64,000 nt of DNA from Candidatus Bathyarchaeota archaeon (GCA_963720565.1 CAVRFW010000013.1:32001-96000), one strand, 5' to 3'. Counted from the stretch's first letter, positions 43,127-55,077 are shown. Translations and numbers: made by a program. Notes: generated from the sequence alone by a model not told the origin.

Positions 43127-43642
43127 CTATTTTCTGTATGTTGCGTCTCCTTTGAAGATTACCTGCTTGAACTTCCAGCCCGAGTCTTCCACGATTTTTT
43201 TTATCGGGTTGCGCACCTTGCTCACGTCAAAAGAGTAATCGTAGATTTTGCCCCCAGATGTCGGCTCTTCGGTTTTCTTGACGCCCCATTCCTTCGCAAA
43301 CTGCTTTGACCCGATAACTTTTCCACGGAAAAACTTTTTTTCTCCTGAAAAGTCCGCCCCACCTATTGAAACGGCTGCCTCTCCCGAAGTCTCCGCCATT
43401 TCCTCGTTGTATCTCGCCTCGTGCGTCTTCTCGTCCAATAGGAGGAAAGCCTTGTAGCTCTTCTTCAATTTTTCAACTTTGTCTATTTCATATTCTGTTG
43501 CGTCCACTATCTTTCGTTCCACGACAAAATCAGTTTCAGGCGAAGCAACAAACCTGAACTGATCGCTTTTCTGTCCCAACTCGATCAGCTTCGCCGACAA
43601 ATCAATCTTAGACAAAACATTCTTTCTTCCAAACAAAGGCAT
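43127..43642 (-). CDS. Hypothetical protein
   Basis: 171-aa ATG ORF with GGAGG upstream. Confidence 0.7.
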   Translation of the reverse strand: MPLFGRKNVLSKIDLSAKLIELGQKSDQFRFVASPETDFVVERKIVDATEYEIDKVEKLKKSYKAFLLLDEKTHEARYNEEMAETSGEAAVSIGGADFSGEKKFFRGKVIGSKQFAKEWGVKKTEEPTSGGKIYDYSFDVSKVRNPIKKIVEDSGWKFKQVIFKGDATYRK

Positions 43643-43973
43643 ATGTGAACCTCCAAAAACAAAAATAATTCACTTGCGATTTATCGTTTGCGGTTCCACC
43701 ATTGCAAGCCACGCGCGCTCTGTAATTTCTTGCCAAGATTAATGAAAGAATAACAAAAGCAAAGCAGAATTTTCTGTGATGATTATGAAAGCTCCATATG
43801 GCAAGAATTACCCTCACACCCTCTGACAATCATTATCGAGATAATCCCAAAATTCAGAAAAGGAAAAGTGCGTTCTTTCAATAATTTTATAAGCAATTCC
43901 AATGCACAGTAGCAAATGCGTTCTTGCGTGCCTTACTCGCGAGAACAGCAAAAGAAAGGAGAAAAGAAATTAC

Positions 43974-46646
43974 TTGAAAATACACAAAAACGCAGCAGCG
44001 ATAATTTTGCTTTCTACGTTACTAATGCTTTCGATGGAAGTTTCAGTACTAGGACAAGTCACTTTTCCACCAGGAACCAAAATACCAACATACGCCTTCA
44101 TCAACGTTGCACCTAACCCAATAGGCGTCGGTCAATCAGTAACCGTTAACTTCTTCCTTGCAACACCCATGGAAAACAACGAAAGACCCACAAACATGAA
44201 TGTTAAGATAACCAAGCCTGACGGAACAACCCAAACACTGGGACCATTCACAGGAGACACAACCGGAGGATCATTCACCACATTCGTTCCCAGCCAAACT
44301 GGCACCTACTCGTTCCAGTTCCTCTATGGCGGACAAACACTAGCGCCAGGCGGAGGCTACGGAGGCCTCGTTAACCAGCCTAAGCGAAAGTGCTGTAGTA
44401 ATGCTCACAGTGCAAGAAGAACCGATATACGAAAGCGCGTATCCAGCCTCTCCGCTTCCAAGCAACTATTGGCAAACACCGGTTTCATCAATGAACGTCG
44501 AGAACTGGTACAAGATCATGGGACCATGGCTTGGAACTGGCTCAGTCACCTTTGCGCAAACCGGAGGCTACAACGTCAGCTCCATGTGCAATCCATACAC
44601 TGAATCAGTATTGTCCGGTCACGTTCTCTGGACAAAAGTCTGGGGTACCGGAGGCGTAGTCGGCGGCGATGCGGGCGGAGGTCAAGAATCGGGTCACTAC
44701 TGGTCAACCAGACAGTACTGGCCTCAATACGCACCGGTCATAATAAACGGCATAATGTATTCTACCTACTACCCGGAAACCACGGGCTACTCAAATGGCA
44801 TTCTCGCAACAGACCTCTACACAGGCGAAACCCTCTGGACAATAAACACCACTAACGCGTTGCGATGCGGCATGACCATGGACGTTAAAACAGCCAACGC
44901 TTACGGCGCTGTCGGTCCATACATCTGGACCACCGGCACTCTCCCAGCAGCAGACACAGGCGGAAGGCAAATCGGAGGTGGACCCTCGTCGTATATGAAC
45001 ACGACAGGAACACAATGGAACATGTATTCCGGCTTAACTGGACAATACGTCCTCAGCGTAGTCAACGGCACAACCATGACGCTTAGGCCAGACGAAAACG
45101 GAAACTTGATAGGCTACTACATCAACAGCACCGCCGGCCCACAAAATGTCTATTCCTTTGGAGAGGGAGGCGGATTCTTCGGACCCTCACTAGTCCCACG
45201 ATGGTGAATATTACTGGTCCTCGCATGTGCGCTTTCAACATGACACAATTGATAGGCAGTTCTTGGGGATGGGGTCCCTCGGTTAACGGCGTCTATGACT
45301 TTGCGCTAGGTGTAATGTGGTCAAAGCCAGTACCTACCACCATTTCAGGTGTGCCTATAACTCCGGGTCTTGCTTTGAACTCGATAACCGGCGATGCACT
45401 AGTTCTAAGCGGCGGATATGTTCACGGACAAGGAGTCGGAGGAGAAACGGCAGGCTGGCTCGTCATAGCAAGCATGGATCAAAACACAGGCAACGTGTTG
45501 ATGGTAAAGAACCTAACATACCCATCAACAATCTCGTTGTTACCTTTCACAAGAACAACCAGCTCGTTCGGTGACGGCCTGATCGCTATCGCAAACGACG
45601 TCAACAAAAACGTAGTTGCCTACGATGTGCATACAGGCAACAAGGTATGGGAAACAGCTCTTCAAACCGACAGCACTGACGGAAACCAAACGATTACGAC
45701 CTATTCAGCCTAAAGTCATGGGTAGCAAACGGCGTGATGTACTGGTTTGGCTTAGGAGGAGACATCTGGGCTCTTGAAACCAGACAACGGAAACGTAAGA
45801 TGGTACACAAACACGACAAGACTCATCGGCGACCCAGGAATTGAGACTCCCTACGGAATTTGGCCACTATGGGTTTTCAACAGCATGGGCCTCACAAACG
45901 ATGTGGCTTACTTCACTATCGGCCACGAATACAACCCACCACTCTTCCACGGCGCACAGATGCTAGCCGTAAACGCAACTAACGGAGAATTGATATGGAG
46001 CGAACTGGGCACCTACATCAGATCCACAGCCATTGCCTACGGAGTCATGTTGTCTCTGAACGCCTACGATAACCAGATATACGCATTCGCCAAGGGACCA
46101 AGCGCAACCACCGTCACGGCTCCCAGCGTAGGAGTCGCAACCGACACCCCAATAACGATAACAGGCACGGTAATGGACGTTTCAGCTGGCACTCAACAAA
46201 GCGAAGTCGCAAAGAACTTCCCCAACGGCCTCCCATGCGTCTCTGACGAAAGCATGAGCAGCTGGATGGAATACGTCTACCAAAACCAGCCATGTCCAGC
46301 AGACTTTACAGGCGTCAAAGTTACCCTAAACGTCCTTGACTCAAACGGCAACTTCAGACCAATCGGCACCGCCACAACCGATGCTTCGGGCACATTCGGC
46401 TACACTTGGACCCCTGACATACCAGGCAACTACCGAGTCATCGCCAACTTTGAAGGAACAAACGGCTACTATCCATCCTCTGCCACAACATACTTCTACG
46501 CCAGCGAAGCTCAACAACCCACTCCTGAACCAACTCAGGCTCCCACATCTTTAGCTGACCAGTATCTGCTGCCTGCAACAGGCGGAATCATCGCTGCAAT
46601 CGCAATAGTCGGCGTCGCGCTAGCACTATTGCTCAGAAAACGGTAA
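43974..46646 (+). CDS. Secreted PQQ-like beta-propeller surface protein, paralog 5 (about four frameshifts)
   Basis: TTG after AAGGAGAA; PNPIGVGQ, HVLWTK, NFPNGLP, SLADQYLLP-TM-LRKR over ORFs 43902, 44401, 45201 and 45774. Confidence 0.85.
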
Positions 46647-46690
46647 ACATCTTGAAGGCAAAGCCTTCACCCCCCTTTTTAGTCAACAAA
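46647..46690 (+). terminator. Hairpin plus T-tract terminator
   Basis: TGAAGGC-AAA-GCCTTCA then CCCCCCTTTTTAGTCAA. Confidence 0.7.
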
Positions 46691-46917
46691 ACAAATTAAC
46701 CAGTTGCTGCCACGCGTCGCACGCCTTTTTCAACAAAGGTTTGTTTCTAAAACACTCCTAAAGTTTATCTGTAGATATTGCAGACTTTTAGTGTCGAGAT
46801 GCGGAAAAATGGTTGGAACCGTAGCAAACGCGTTTGCGCAGGTAACGCTTCACGTGTGGGGGCATAACTATTAAGAATGTCCTTCTTAGGCAGAATCAAG
46901 AAGGCAAGAGGATAGTC

Positions 46918-47868
46918 ATGAGTGAAATTTCTAGGCTCTACGATAGTTGCGGGCGCCCAACAATCAATTTCCGGGTTTCTCTGACCCAGCGTTGCAATCT
47001 GAAATGTCCCTACTGCCACCGCGAAGGCCAGCTCAGAGGCTCCAGCCCCCGAGAAATGACCGCGGACGAAGTTGAACGCCTCGTCAAAATCGCTGTTTCT
47101 CTGGGCATAACGTATGTCAAGATTACTGGGGGCGAACCGCTCCTGCGCGAAGACATAGTCGACATCGTAGGCAGAATAGCAGAGATTGAGGGTTTGCAAG
47201 ACGTATCCTTAACCACAAACGGCACTCGTTTAGCCACTTTCGCCAAGCCTCTTCATGAGGCAGGCTTAAAACGTGTTAACATAAACATTGCATCTCTGAA
47301 CGCCAAAACCTACCACAAACTGAACGGAGGCAACTTGAACGATGCCCTAGAAGGTGTGCAGGCAGCTGTTAAGGCAGGTTTTAACCCCGTCAAGCTGAAC
47401 TATTTGCTTCTTAGAGGCGTCAACGAAAATGAAGTCAATGATATGATGGCGTTCGCTGAAAAAAACAACATAATCCTGCAGATGCTAGAACTTGAACCTG
47501 TTAATACGGAGGACTCATACTTCAAGAAGCACTACTACCCTCTAAATGAGATCGAAGAAACCCTCAAAGAGAAAGCCATTTCAGTAAATCAACGCAAAGA
47601 AATGCAGAACCGACGGATCTACACCCTGCCCAAACTGAAGGTTGAAGTCGTTAACTCGCTGGAAAACAGCGCGTTTTGCGCTCGATGCGCACGTTTGCGG
47701 TTAACCAGCAACGGCTTCCTCAAACCCTGCCTAATGGTGCTTGACAATCTCGTTGACGTGCTAACGCCGCTCAGAAACGGAGCCGATGACACCGAACTAA
47801 AAAAATGCTTCATGGAAGCAGTAAGGAGAAGAAAACCATTTTTTCAGCCCTCAAAAACTGAGTCCTGA
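46918..47868 (+). CDS. moaA: GTP 3',8-cyclase
   Basis: RVSLTQRCNLKCPYC, TGGEPLLR, TTNG, FCARCARLRLT..G.LKPCL. Confidence 0.93.
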   Translation: MSEISRLYDSCGRPTINFRVSLTQRCNLKCPYCHREGQLRGSSPREMTADEVERLVKIAVSLGITYVKITGGEPLLREDIVDIVGRIAEIEGLQDVSLTTNGTRLATFAKPLHEAGLKRVNINIASLNAKTYHKLNGGNLNDALEGVQAAVKAGFNPVKLNYLLLRGVNENEVNDMMAFAEKNNIILQMLELEPVNTEDSYFKKHYYPLNEIEETLKEKAISVNQRKEMQNRRIYTLPKLKVEVVNSLENSAFCARCARLRLTSNGFLKPCLMVLDNLVDVLTPLRNGADDTELKKCFMEAVRRRKPFFQPSKTES

Positions 47869-47878
47869 CTCTACCACT

Positions 47879-48826
47879 TCATGGTCTGTAGCCGTTTAGA
47901 ACGCATAAAGCCAGGGTTGCAGCGGTTATGTCGGCTGTTGTTCCGGGGTTATGTCGGCTTCCCGATTCTCTGAGTCTTTTATCAAACTCTAGAATGGCTA
48001 TTTTTCCCTCTGGAGTTTCCAGTCCGCCTTTCTCGAGCATCTTGAATGCGTCAAACGATATTTCGCGCGCCTTCTCGACGCCGGCTTTTCTGGCTATGAA
48101 AGTGTCTGGGTGCTTTGAGAGAATGTTAAGGAAAGTGTGGATGATTGACGTGTTCAAGTCTCTGCTTTTAAGCTGCTCCATAATGTAGGGATAAGCCAGG
48201 TCGAAGGTTATGGGGTAGTTGTTTACCCACTCCGAGCAGATGTCATCGTAACCCGCGGCTAACTTGAAAACCTCGTAAAGCGAAACCTTGTCTTGCAGAA
48301 TCCGCGATTTCGAAGCTGGGTTGCTTACGTCCAGATCTGGCGCTTCGCCAAGACCGCTGGGCTTCGCTATGTCAATGGCCTCGTAAAGGTGAACCGCGTC
48401 TTTGGGAGTCGTTGACTCAACAGCCAACCTCAGGTTTTCCCTCAACAGTCCAAAATCAAAAACAAAATTCCTCTCGGTTCGGGTCATTCCAGCCGCAACA
48501 GCAAGGGGAACAAACAACATCACGGTGCCAAGCAACGTGTTTCCACCTTTCTGCCAAACACTAATGTCGCTTGCGCATTCCTTCATGATTTTGCCCATTC
48601 CAACCTTGCCTACGCCAAGCCTGCCTTCTGACACGGCGACACCCCTCTCAGCTGCTTTTTCGAAAGACGGCCGTGCAGCCACTGCAGAGGCGAGAAAATG
48701 CTCAACTCGCGTACCGTGAAAACCAACCGAGAAATTCACGTTTCCGGGCTTGTTAGCGCTGACCTCAAGAAGAATCGCCAACTCCAAACACTTGGCAATA
48801 TGCTTTGCTTTTTCACTTTTAGGCAT
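47879..48826 (-). CDS. CitG-like triphosphoribosyl-dephospho-CoA synthase family protein
   Basis: LEVSANKPGNV, NTLLG..L..P, DTFIARK.G, NPGTTAD. Confidence 0.88.
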   Translation of the reverse strand: MPKSEKAKHIAKCLELAILLEVSANKPGNVNFSVGFHGTRVEHFLASAVAARPSFEKAAERGVAVSEGRLGVGKVGMGKIMKECASDISVWQKGGNTLLGTVMLFVPLAVAAGMTRTERNFVFDFGLLRENLRLAVESTTPKDAVHLYEAIDIAKPSGLGEAPDLDVSNPASKSRILQDKVSLYEVFKLAAGYDDICSEWVNNYPITFDLAYPYIMEQLKSRDLNTSIIHTFLNILSKHPDTFIARKAGVEKAREISFDAFKMLEKGGLETPEGKIAILEFDKRLRESGSRHNPGTTADITAATLALCVLNGYRP

Positions 48827-48939
48827 CTGGGAAAACCCGCTTGAGTCTATACTGGCTCAAAAAAAGTTTATTAACGTTATGTAAAAAGGTACAACCAATT
48901 GAACCAATACAACACCGTGGAAAAAAGGGAGGTTTTTGG

Positions 48940-49959
48940 TTGCGCGCTCGCGAGGGTGATTTGATTGAAACGGGAAACAACGTGGTTTTTGACGTGAAGG
49001 GGCTGGTGCATCCTCCCGGCAAAGTCGTTGCTTTTCCTCGTTTCATACCGTCGCCGACAGGCACCCGCAAAACCCGAAAAGGCTTATACGGGAAAGTCTA
49101 CAACCTGGCTGAACGCTTCAAATACCTCCAGGAAAACATGCCAAACCTCATAGTTCATGACCCGGTCTTCGACGAAAATCTCTGCGAAGTCCCGGACACT
49201 TCAATAACGCAGCATTATAAGCCAGCTGAAGGCCTCAGAAAACTCCGCTTCTCCCGCAAGCTAACCGAGCTAGAAAGCAAGGCACTTCGCTTCGCTGGGT
49301 CGTTGAAAGATGCTGCAGGCATCCCCTGGAACGCTGTTGGAATCTCCGGTTCCGTCCTGGTTGGTCTCTCAACTTCAGGCTCTGACATTGACCCAGTAGT
49401 CTACGGCATCGACAACGCCCGCAAGGCCTACGAGGCACTTGAAAAACTGTTAAAAACTCGGGGTTCAGGCTTTAAACCCTACAGCAATGAGGAGCTGCAA
49501 ACGCTCTTCGAGTTCCGTTCGAAAGACACTGAAATGAGCTTCGAAGACTTCGCCCGGGTCGAATCCCGAAAAGCCTTCCAGGGAAAGTTTGACGGCGTCG
49601 ACTACTTCGTGCGTTTCATGAAAGACTGGCGCGAAATAAACGAGGAGTACGGAGATTTGTGCTACAAGAACAGCGGTCACTCAAAAATAACGGCAACAGT
49701 GAAAGATGATTCAGAAGCCCTCTTCACACCATGCACGTACACACTCGAGAACGTCGAGGTTGTTGACGGTTCAAGGCTGAAGCCAATATCCGAAATTGCC
49801 TCGTTCCGCGGAAGATTCTGCCAGCAAGCTCGAATTGGCGAAACTGTAGTGGCTCAAGGAAAAATAGAGCACGTAATCAACAAGAAACAAAACACTGAGC
49901 ACTACAGAATGATAATCGGCAACAAACCCTCAGACTACATGGCACTCTCATACGTCTAA
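48940..49959 (+). CDS. Predicted nucleotidyltransferase (Pol-beta superfamily), paralog A
   Basis: REGD..FDVKG..HP; GISGS..SDIDPVVYG; TPC.Y; SFRGRF. Confidence 0.82.
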   Translation: MRAREGDLIETGNNVVFDVKGLVHPPGKVVAFPRFIPSPTGTRKTRKGLYGKVYNLAERFKYLQENMPNLIVHDPVFDENLCEVPDTSITQHYKPAEGLRKLRFSRKLTELESKALRFAGSLKDAAGIPWNAVGISGSVLVGLSTSGSDIDPVVYGIDNARKAYEALEKLLKTRGSGFKPYSNEELQTLFEFRSKDTEMSFEDFARVESRKAFQGKFDGVDYFVRFMKDWREINEEYGDLCYKNSGHSKITATVKDDSEALFTPCTYTLENVEVVDGSRLKPISEIASFRGRFCQQARIGETVVAQGKIEHVINKKQNTEHYRMIIGNKPSDYMALSYV

Positions 49960-51027
49960 CGCCGAAACTTTCAAAACCTGCTCATAATAACGCGGACAAT
50001 AAGTCAAAGTGACCTGGCGAAAACTGCCCCCTGGCGAAACCACTTCTTCAAGATTGCCCTCCACGATAACGGTCTCGTCTTTCTGGACTTGCTGGCGAAA
50101 CTCCTCCATGTACGAGAACACACGCGCCGCCTCCAGGGATTCTCCATTTCCCTCAAGAACCTCCAAGGGCTCAATGCCATAGACTGAGGGTATAAACGGC
50201 GCATCGGAATCATCAACTACTCGGGCTTTGATTCTTGTCCACCCTTTCGGTATGATGCGGCTCTTCGGATTATACTCTGAGACAATTTCGCTCCAGGCCT
50301 TCACCGGCTCAAACTCTGCCTTCGTGATCCTGCCGCTTTTCTTGTCATCGAATAACCCGTAGATCATTTTCCGCTTCTGATGCCACACGAACTCTTTGAC
50401 ACTCAAATTTTTGAGTCGCCAACGTTTCCCCTCCATAGCCTCTTCCGACTCGAACTCGTTTCTGAACCCTGAATCAGACTCGTCATAAAGTGCCTCCAAC
50501 GTTTCGCGCACCGCAATGTTTTGTTTTCTCCCGTAGACTGTCAGGTCAATGTCTGAAAAGTCAGGGTTATGAAAACCTTGAAGCATTGAACCGAACACGC
50601 CAAAACACTTTGCTGGCACGCCTGAATTTTGGGTCACCTTGTTTAGGACACGCACGGTAGCGTCAACAAGCTTGTCTTTAGACTCAATTTTCAACAAAGC
50701 CTGTAACCGTTTTTCCGGCTTTCTCGCCTCCAGAATATCTTCATGTTTCACTCCCAAAACTTTCTGGTTGAGCATTTTGTGGAGAACGGTGTACTGCGGA
50801 TATTTGTCGAAGACGAGTTTCATGCCTTCGTCGTTGTAGAACTTGTAGAAGAGCTGTTTGCCTCCAGTTCTTGGGGCGCGGGGGTCGGTTGACGAGAAAA
50901 TGTTGGCTGAGGCATATTCAGCGTCGCAGATGTAGGCTTTCTTGGGATGGGAGTAGCCAAATACTCTGAAGATTAAGCCTTCCTTGGTGATTATTCCATC
51001 GCGGTCTCTTAGGTTTGCACGGGCCAA
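49948..51027 (-). CDS. Predicted nucleotidyltransferase, paralog B
   Basis: [36 protein letters not shown]. Confidence 0.82.
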   Translation of the reverse strand: MARANLRDRDGIITKEGLIFRVFGYSHPKKAYICDAEYASANIFSSTDPRAPRTGGKQLFYKFYNDEGMKLVFDKYPQYTVLHKMLNQKVLGVKHEDILEARKPEKRLQALLKIESKDKLVDATVRVLNKVTQNSGVPAKCFGVFGSMLQGFHNPDFSDIDLTVYGRKQNIAVRETLEALYDESDSGFRNEFESEEAMEGKRWRLKNLSVKEFVWHQKRKMIYGLFDDKKSGRITKAEFEPVKAWSEIVSEYNPKSRIIPKGWTRIKARVVDDSDAPFIPSVYGIEPLEVLEGNGESLEAARVFSYMEEFRQQVQKDETVIVEGNLEEVVSPGGSFRQVTLTYCPRYYEQVLKVSALDV

Positions 51028-52049
51028 ATGTTCTCTTCCTCTGAGGTAGCGGTTCCAACGACGACTTGATGATGGATTTCGCCAGTCTTGACACATTCAA
51101 CCTGCTCTAGCTGCCCCGAAACTTTGATTTCATTGCCTTCCCGAGCCACGTTTCTGTAGCATCCAATATTAGAAACCACGAGCTCAGGTATCTTATCCAA
51201 GGGCAGCTCCGATGCTGCGTCTAAGGGTTTGTACTTGGCGATTTTGTATGTTGCTGGGCGAAACATGGCTTCTGAGTCATCGCTGACTACGCAGTTGAAG
51301 CGAACTGGCTTGATGGGAGAAAACCGGAATTGACCGTACGTGGTGTTTATTTCTTCAGGTTTTCTTGTGGCGTTGTACATGAATATCTTCTTTTTGTATC
51401 GGCCTTGGAATTTCCGGGCGGCGTCCAACCGGTTGCCGATTATGTAGCTTAGCTTGCCAGCTTCCACGAGTCGAGAAATCGTTTTTTCCACGATTCGAAA
51501 GTTCTTTGAACCATAGACAACGAAGTCTATATCCGACTCCGGCGCATGCATATTTAGGGCAATGGAACCGTGAATCCCAAAATCCTTCAGGCTAACACCT
51601 GACTCTTCCGACAGGGATAGGACAAGATCCAACGCCATTCTCTGGAGTTTGTCCGGGTTTTTCAAACGGATTAAAGCTTCTAAACGATCCCTTGGCACAA
51701 AAACCAGCTCAATCCTGCCCAAGGGAGCGATAATCAGCTCCTTTTTGCGCAGATAACAATAGTAAATGTACTCAGGGAAGTGTGCACGTAGAGTCTCGAT
51801 GAAAGACTTGTAGTTCTTGGCCGTGTAGAGTTTTTCTGCACGGAAAAGCTTTCTGCCCTTGTAATTCCATGTCCGCTCCAGCATCTCAACATGAAAAAGC
51901 TCTCTAAAATCAGAGGGAATGTACTTGAGAAACGCAAAAACCCGGTCTATCGGGTGTTCATATCCAAAAGTGTTAAGGATGAAACCGTCTTTTGTTACGA
52001 ATGTATCTCCATCGGCTGGAATCCAATCAGTAACCTCCACTCTTCTCAC
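51009..52049 (-). CDS. Predicted nucleotidyltransferase, paralog C
   Basis: [39 protein letters not shown]. Confidence 0.82.
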   Translation of the reverse strand: MRRVEVTDWIPADGDTFVTKDGFILNTFGYEHPIDRVFAFLKYIPSDFRELFHVEMLERTWNYKGRKLFRAEKLYTAKNYKSFIETLRAHFPEYIYYCYLRKKELIIAPLGRIELVFVPRDRLEALIRLKNPDKLQRMALDLVLSLSEESGVSLKDFGIHGSIALNMHAPESDIDFVVYGSKNFRIVEKTISRLVEAGKLSYIIGNRLDAARKFQGRYKKKIFMYNATRKPEEINTTYGQFRFSPIKPVRFNCVVSDDSEAMFRPATYKIAKYKPLDAASELPLDKIPELVVSNIGCYRNVAREGNEIKVSGQLEQVECVKTGEIHHQVVVGTATSEEENIWPVQT

Positions 52050-52205
52050 ACCGCGAATATGGTTATGCCATTAACTAAAAAAGCTATTGCACCTCGCCGT
52101 TTCGGAACAATGATACAACGCGATTTGGCTAAACAATCTGACTCTGCGCAGTTGGCAATGAACCGCTTCGTTAGAATTAGCATTCTCTATAGAAAGTAAC
52201 TCTGA

Positions 52206-52553
52206 TCAGACGAGTTTGTTACAGTCTGTCTCGACCTTTTCTAGCCATTCGTTAAACTCGCTTATGTCGAGTCCTCCTCCAAGGTCCGCGTCAAGTCGTC
52301 TCTGCACCTTTCCCTCAACCAGAAAAATTGCTGTTGGCACAGCTTCAATATTGTAGTCTTCCCACAATGGATTACTGTAATCATCGATTCGCACCATCAG
52401 AAAAGCGGCGAACTTGGATTCTGAAGAGGCTCTTTTGAAAACCGGCAAAAATCGAGTGCAGAAAGGACACCAAGAAGCGTAGAATAGTGCCAGAACCTTT
52501 TTCTCCTTAAAAAGCTGGCTTTCCAGATCCTTCCTGCTGGTGACTTCAATCAT
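52206..52553 (-). CDS. Thioredoxin family protein
   Basis: FYASWCPFC, IEAVPT. Confidence 0.9.
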   Translation of the reverse strand: MIEVTSRKDLESQLFKEKKVLALFYASWCPFCTRFLPVFKRASSESKFAAFLMVRIDDYSNPLWEDYNIEAVPTAIFLVEGKVQRRLDADLGGGLDISEFNEWLEKVETDCNKLV

Positions 52554-52703
52554 AAGTTCAATCTGAACTTCTTACGTCATTCTTAAACATGTCGTCTGCT
52601 AAGGCAACATAAGAAGCCATTTTGTCAATGGCAAATCTGTAAATTTGCAGAGTAGAGAAGGCTCTCCGAAACAAGAAACAGGTTTAGGCAACATCCTATA
52701 TAC

Positions 52704-53469
52704 ATGATTTCACAGTCATTTACAAAAGCCAAAGTGAATTTTTTGAAACCAAAGACAAAGTACAAACGCGGATATGCTGTAGCAACACTGATAGGTATTG
52801 AAGAGACCAACGGGGTAGTGTGGAAGGTCTTTAGTCACGTCGCCAAACATGAGAGAACAATAACCCTGAACGAATCAAGAGACAGCCTGAAATCCTTATA
52901 CAATTTTCACGAAGCAATAATTAACACTCTCAGACCTATTCTAAGAGAGGGTGTTAGGAGCATAATCTTGGCGTCACCTCCCAGGACCAACTACTCGCAA
53001 GAATTCGTTAGGCATGTTCGCCAACACCACGCTTGGCTTAATCAAGGACCCAGCAAAGCAATGCTGTCTGAAATTACAGGGTCAGCAAGTACCCAGTCTC
53101 AAGTAGCTGCATTGACAAGAACCGCAGCGTTCCATGAACTTGTTGACAAAACCACTCTGGAAGAAACAGAAAACCTGCTCGATCTGCTGGAGAAACGACT
53201 CAACACCTCAGACAACAAATACGCTGTGCTGTTTTCGCTAGAAGAAGCAGAAGGCATAATACTAAAACATCAGACAACCGAGCGAACCTGAACCTGAGTA
53301 TCTTCTGCTCACGGACACGTACCTGGCAAACACCCGCCAGAAAAACCGTTTGCATCGACTAATGCAGATTGCCGCAAACAGAAACGTCAAAACCAGAATC
53401 GTGAACGCTGAATCTCAAGCCGGAAAACGCATCACACAGTTGGGCGGACTCGTATGCCTAGTGCATTAG
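52704..53469 (+). CDS. Divergent pelota/eRF1-like protein lacking the N-terminal domain (frameshift near 53280)
   Basis: SIILASP domain-2-like strand; after the shift EYLLLTDTYL...LMQIA..RNVKTRIVNAESQAGKRITQLGGLVC parallels the pelota C-terminus. Confidence 0.65.
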
Positions 53470-54192
53470 TCCAGAACGTTTCAGTTCTTCAATTGAAATC
53501 TTTCCAGAGTGCAGAGCCGTCGCAGCCAAAACACCATAAACGCCTATTTTCTTCATCTCAAGCAAATCTCCCAAGTCCCGAACTCCACCGCCTACAAACA
53601 ACTTTACCATGGAATTTGTAAGGGCTGTTTTCAGAATCTGGGAATTTATTCCTTCCCCGCTACCAACTCTTGCCAAGTCCAACACGATAAAACTCTCAAC
53701 ACCAACTCTCTGAAATTCACTAAGCAAAGCCAACGGTTCAGCGAACTCGCCCGACGGAAGTTGGCTGAGCAACTTGTTTCCCATCAAATCAATACTCACG
53801 ATGACCCTTTCGCTGCCGAAAGTCTCAACAGCTTTCGCGACGAAGTCCATGCTTCGCAGAGTTTCTGTTCCAATAACAACCTTCGACGCGTGACTTTCCA
53901 AGACTTTTTCTGCTTGTTCAATATTCGCCACGCCGGCATCCACCATCAACTCGAGCCCTGTTTTCTCAGCAATGCGTCTGTATATGGCGTAGTTTGCCTT
54001 GTTTCCAATAATAGCGTCCAGATCTGCGAGGTAAAGATCTTGAAAACCGCACTCTTTGAAGGCAGATGCAACCTCTAAGGGGTCAGCAGAAGAACACAGC
54101 ACGCTCTTGACTGGCTGATAATATTTTCTTCGACCCCTAACCGCGTGAACAACAATGCCGCCAAGAATGTCGATGACGGGTACTATCTTCAA
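53458..54192 (-). CDS. HisA/HisF-related TIM-barrel protein (C1-pathway associated type)
   Basis: IVPVIDILGGIVVHAVRG.R..Y.P, LYLADLDAI, VDAG, GTETL, LDLARVGS, GGGVR. Confidence 0.88.
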   Translation of the reverse strand: MKIVPVIDILGGIVVHAVRGRRKYYQPVKSVLCSSADPLEVASAFKECGFQDLYLADLDAIIGNKANYAIYRRIAEKTGLELMVDAGVANIEQAEKVLESHASKVVIGTETLRSMDFVAKAVETFGSERVIVSIDLMGNKLLSQLPSGEFAEPLALLSEFQRVGVESFIVLDLARVGSGEGINSQILKTALTNSMVKLFVGGGVRDLGDLLEMKKIGVYGVLAATALHSGKISIEELKRSGLMH

Positions 54193-54333
54193 TCGTTTCT
54201 ACCCCTCTTGGAAAATAAAAGCGCTCATAGAAAAGAGTATTGCCGACAAGACTTGCATGGCTCAAAACGGAAAGACGAGTTGTCTAATCAAAAACTTTAA
54301 AGGCACTGGTAAACCGCATCATTATGACCTAGA

Positions 54334-55065
54334 TTGAAGCTACTCATAAGTCCCGTTAACGAAAGTGAAGCCATGGAAGCAATCGCTGGAAAAGCAGACA
54401 TCATAGACGTTAAAAACCCAAGAGAAGGCGCGTTAGGCGCGAACTACCCTTGGGTAATTTCGAGGATCAGGCAGCTCGCTCCAAAAGACATTGAAGTGAG
54501 CTGCACCATAGGCGAAGCGCCTAGCCTCCCAGCTACCATGTCGCTGGCTGCTTTAGGAGCGGCATCAACGGGTGTGAACTACATCAAAGCCGGTCTTTGG
54601 GGTTTAAAAACAACCAAAGAAGCCGTTAGCCTATTGCAGAATATTTCCAAGGCAGTCAAGGAATCACACCCGACGATCAACGTGGTTGCAACAGGGTACG
54701 CGGACGCCGAAAGAGTAGACACAGTAAACCCTATGTGCATCCCGGAGATAGCCTACAAGGCCAATGCGGACTTTGCCATGCTCGACACTGCAATCAAGGA
54801 CGGGAAAAGCCTCTTCACCTTCCTCGAGAAAGAGCAACTTAAAACTTTCATCTCCAAAGCTCGGGATTTCGGCCTCAAAACAGCATTAGCCGGCTCGCTC
54901 AGCAAAGAGGATTTAGTTACAATCAAAGAGTTAGGGCCGGATGTTGTGGGTTTAAGAGGTGCAGCTTGCGCCAACGGAGATAGGGCAAACGGTCAAATCA
55001 CAAGGGAAAAAGTGCAAGAACTCACTAGCATCCTCAAGCACGCAGCCAAAGAAAGCCCCACTTGA
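54334..55065 (+). CDS. mfnB: (5-formylfuran-3-yl)methyl phosphate synthase
   Basis: LLISP..EA..A..ADIIDVKNP.EGALGA, MLDTAIKDG, ALAGSL, GLRGAAC. Confidence 0.93.
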   Translation: MKLLISPVNESEAMEAIAGKADIIDVKNPREGALGANYPWVISRIRQLAPKDIEVSCTIGEAPSLPATMSLAALGAASTGVNYIKAGLWGLKTTKEAVSLLQNISKAVKESHPTINVVATGYADAERVDTVNPMCIPEIAYKANADFAMLDTAIKDGKSLFTFLEKEQLKTFISKARDFGLKTALAGSLSKEDLVTIKELGPDVVGLRGAACANGDRANGQITREKVQELTSILKHAAKESPT

Positions 55066-55077
55066 ACTAGGTGAAAT

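Noticed and set aside
20283..46646. Frameshifts in paralogs 2, 3 and 5 as phase variation or programmed frameshifting
   Set aside because: Similar single-base indels also break mfnA, mfnD, the permease, cupin, GH1 and a nucleotidyltransferase, mostly at short runs; sequencing or assembly error is more parsimonious. Read mapping would settle it.
1..46646. Diversity-generating retroelement acting on the beta-propeller paralogs
   Set aside because: No reverse transcriptase and no template/variable repeat pair differing only at adenines was seen
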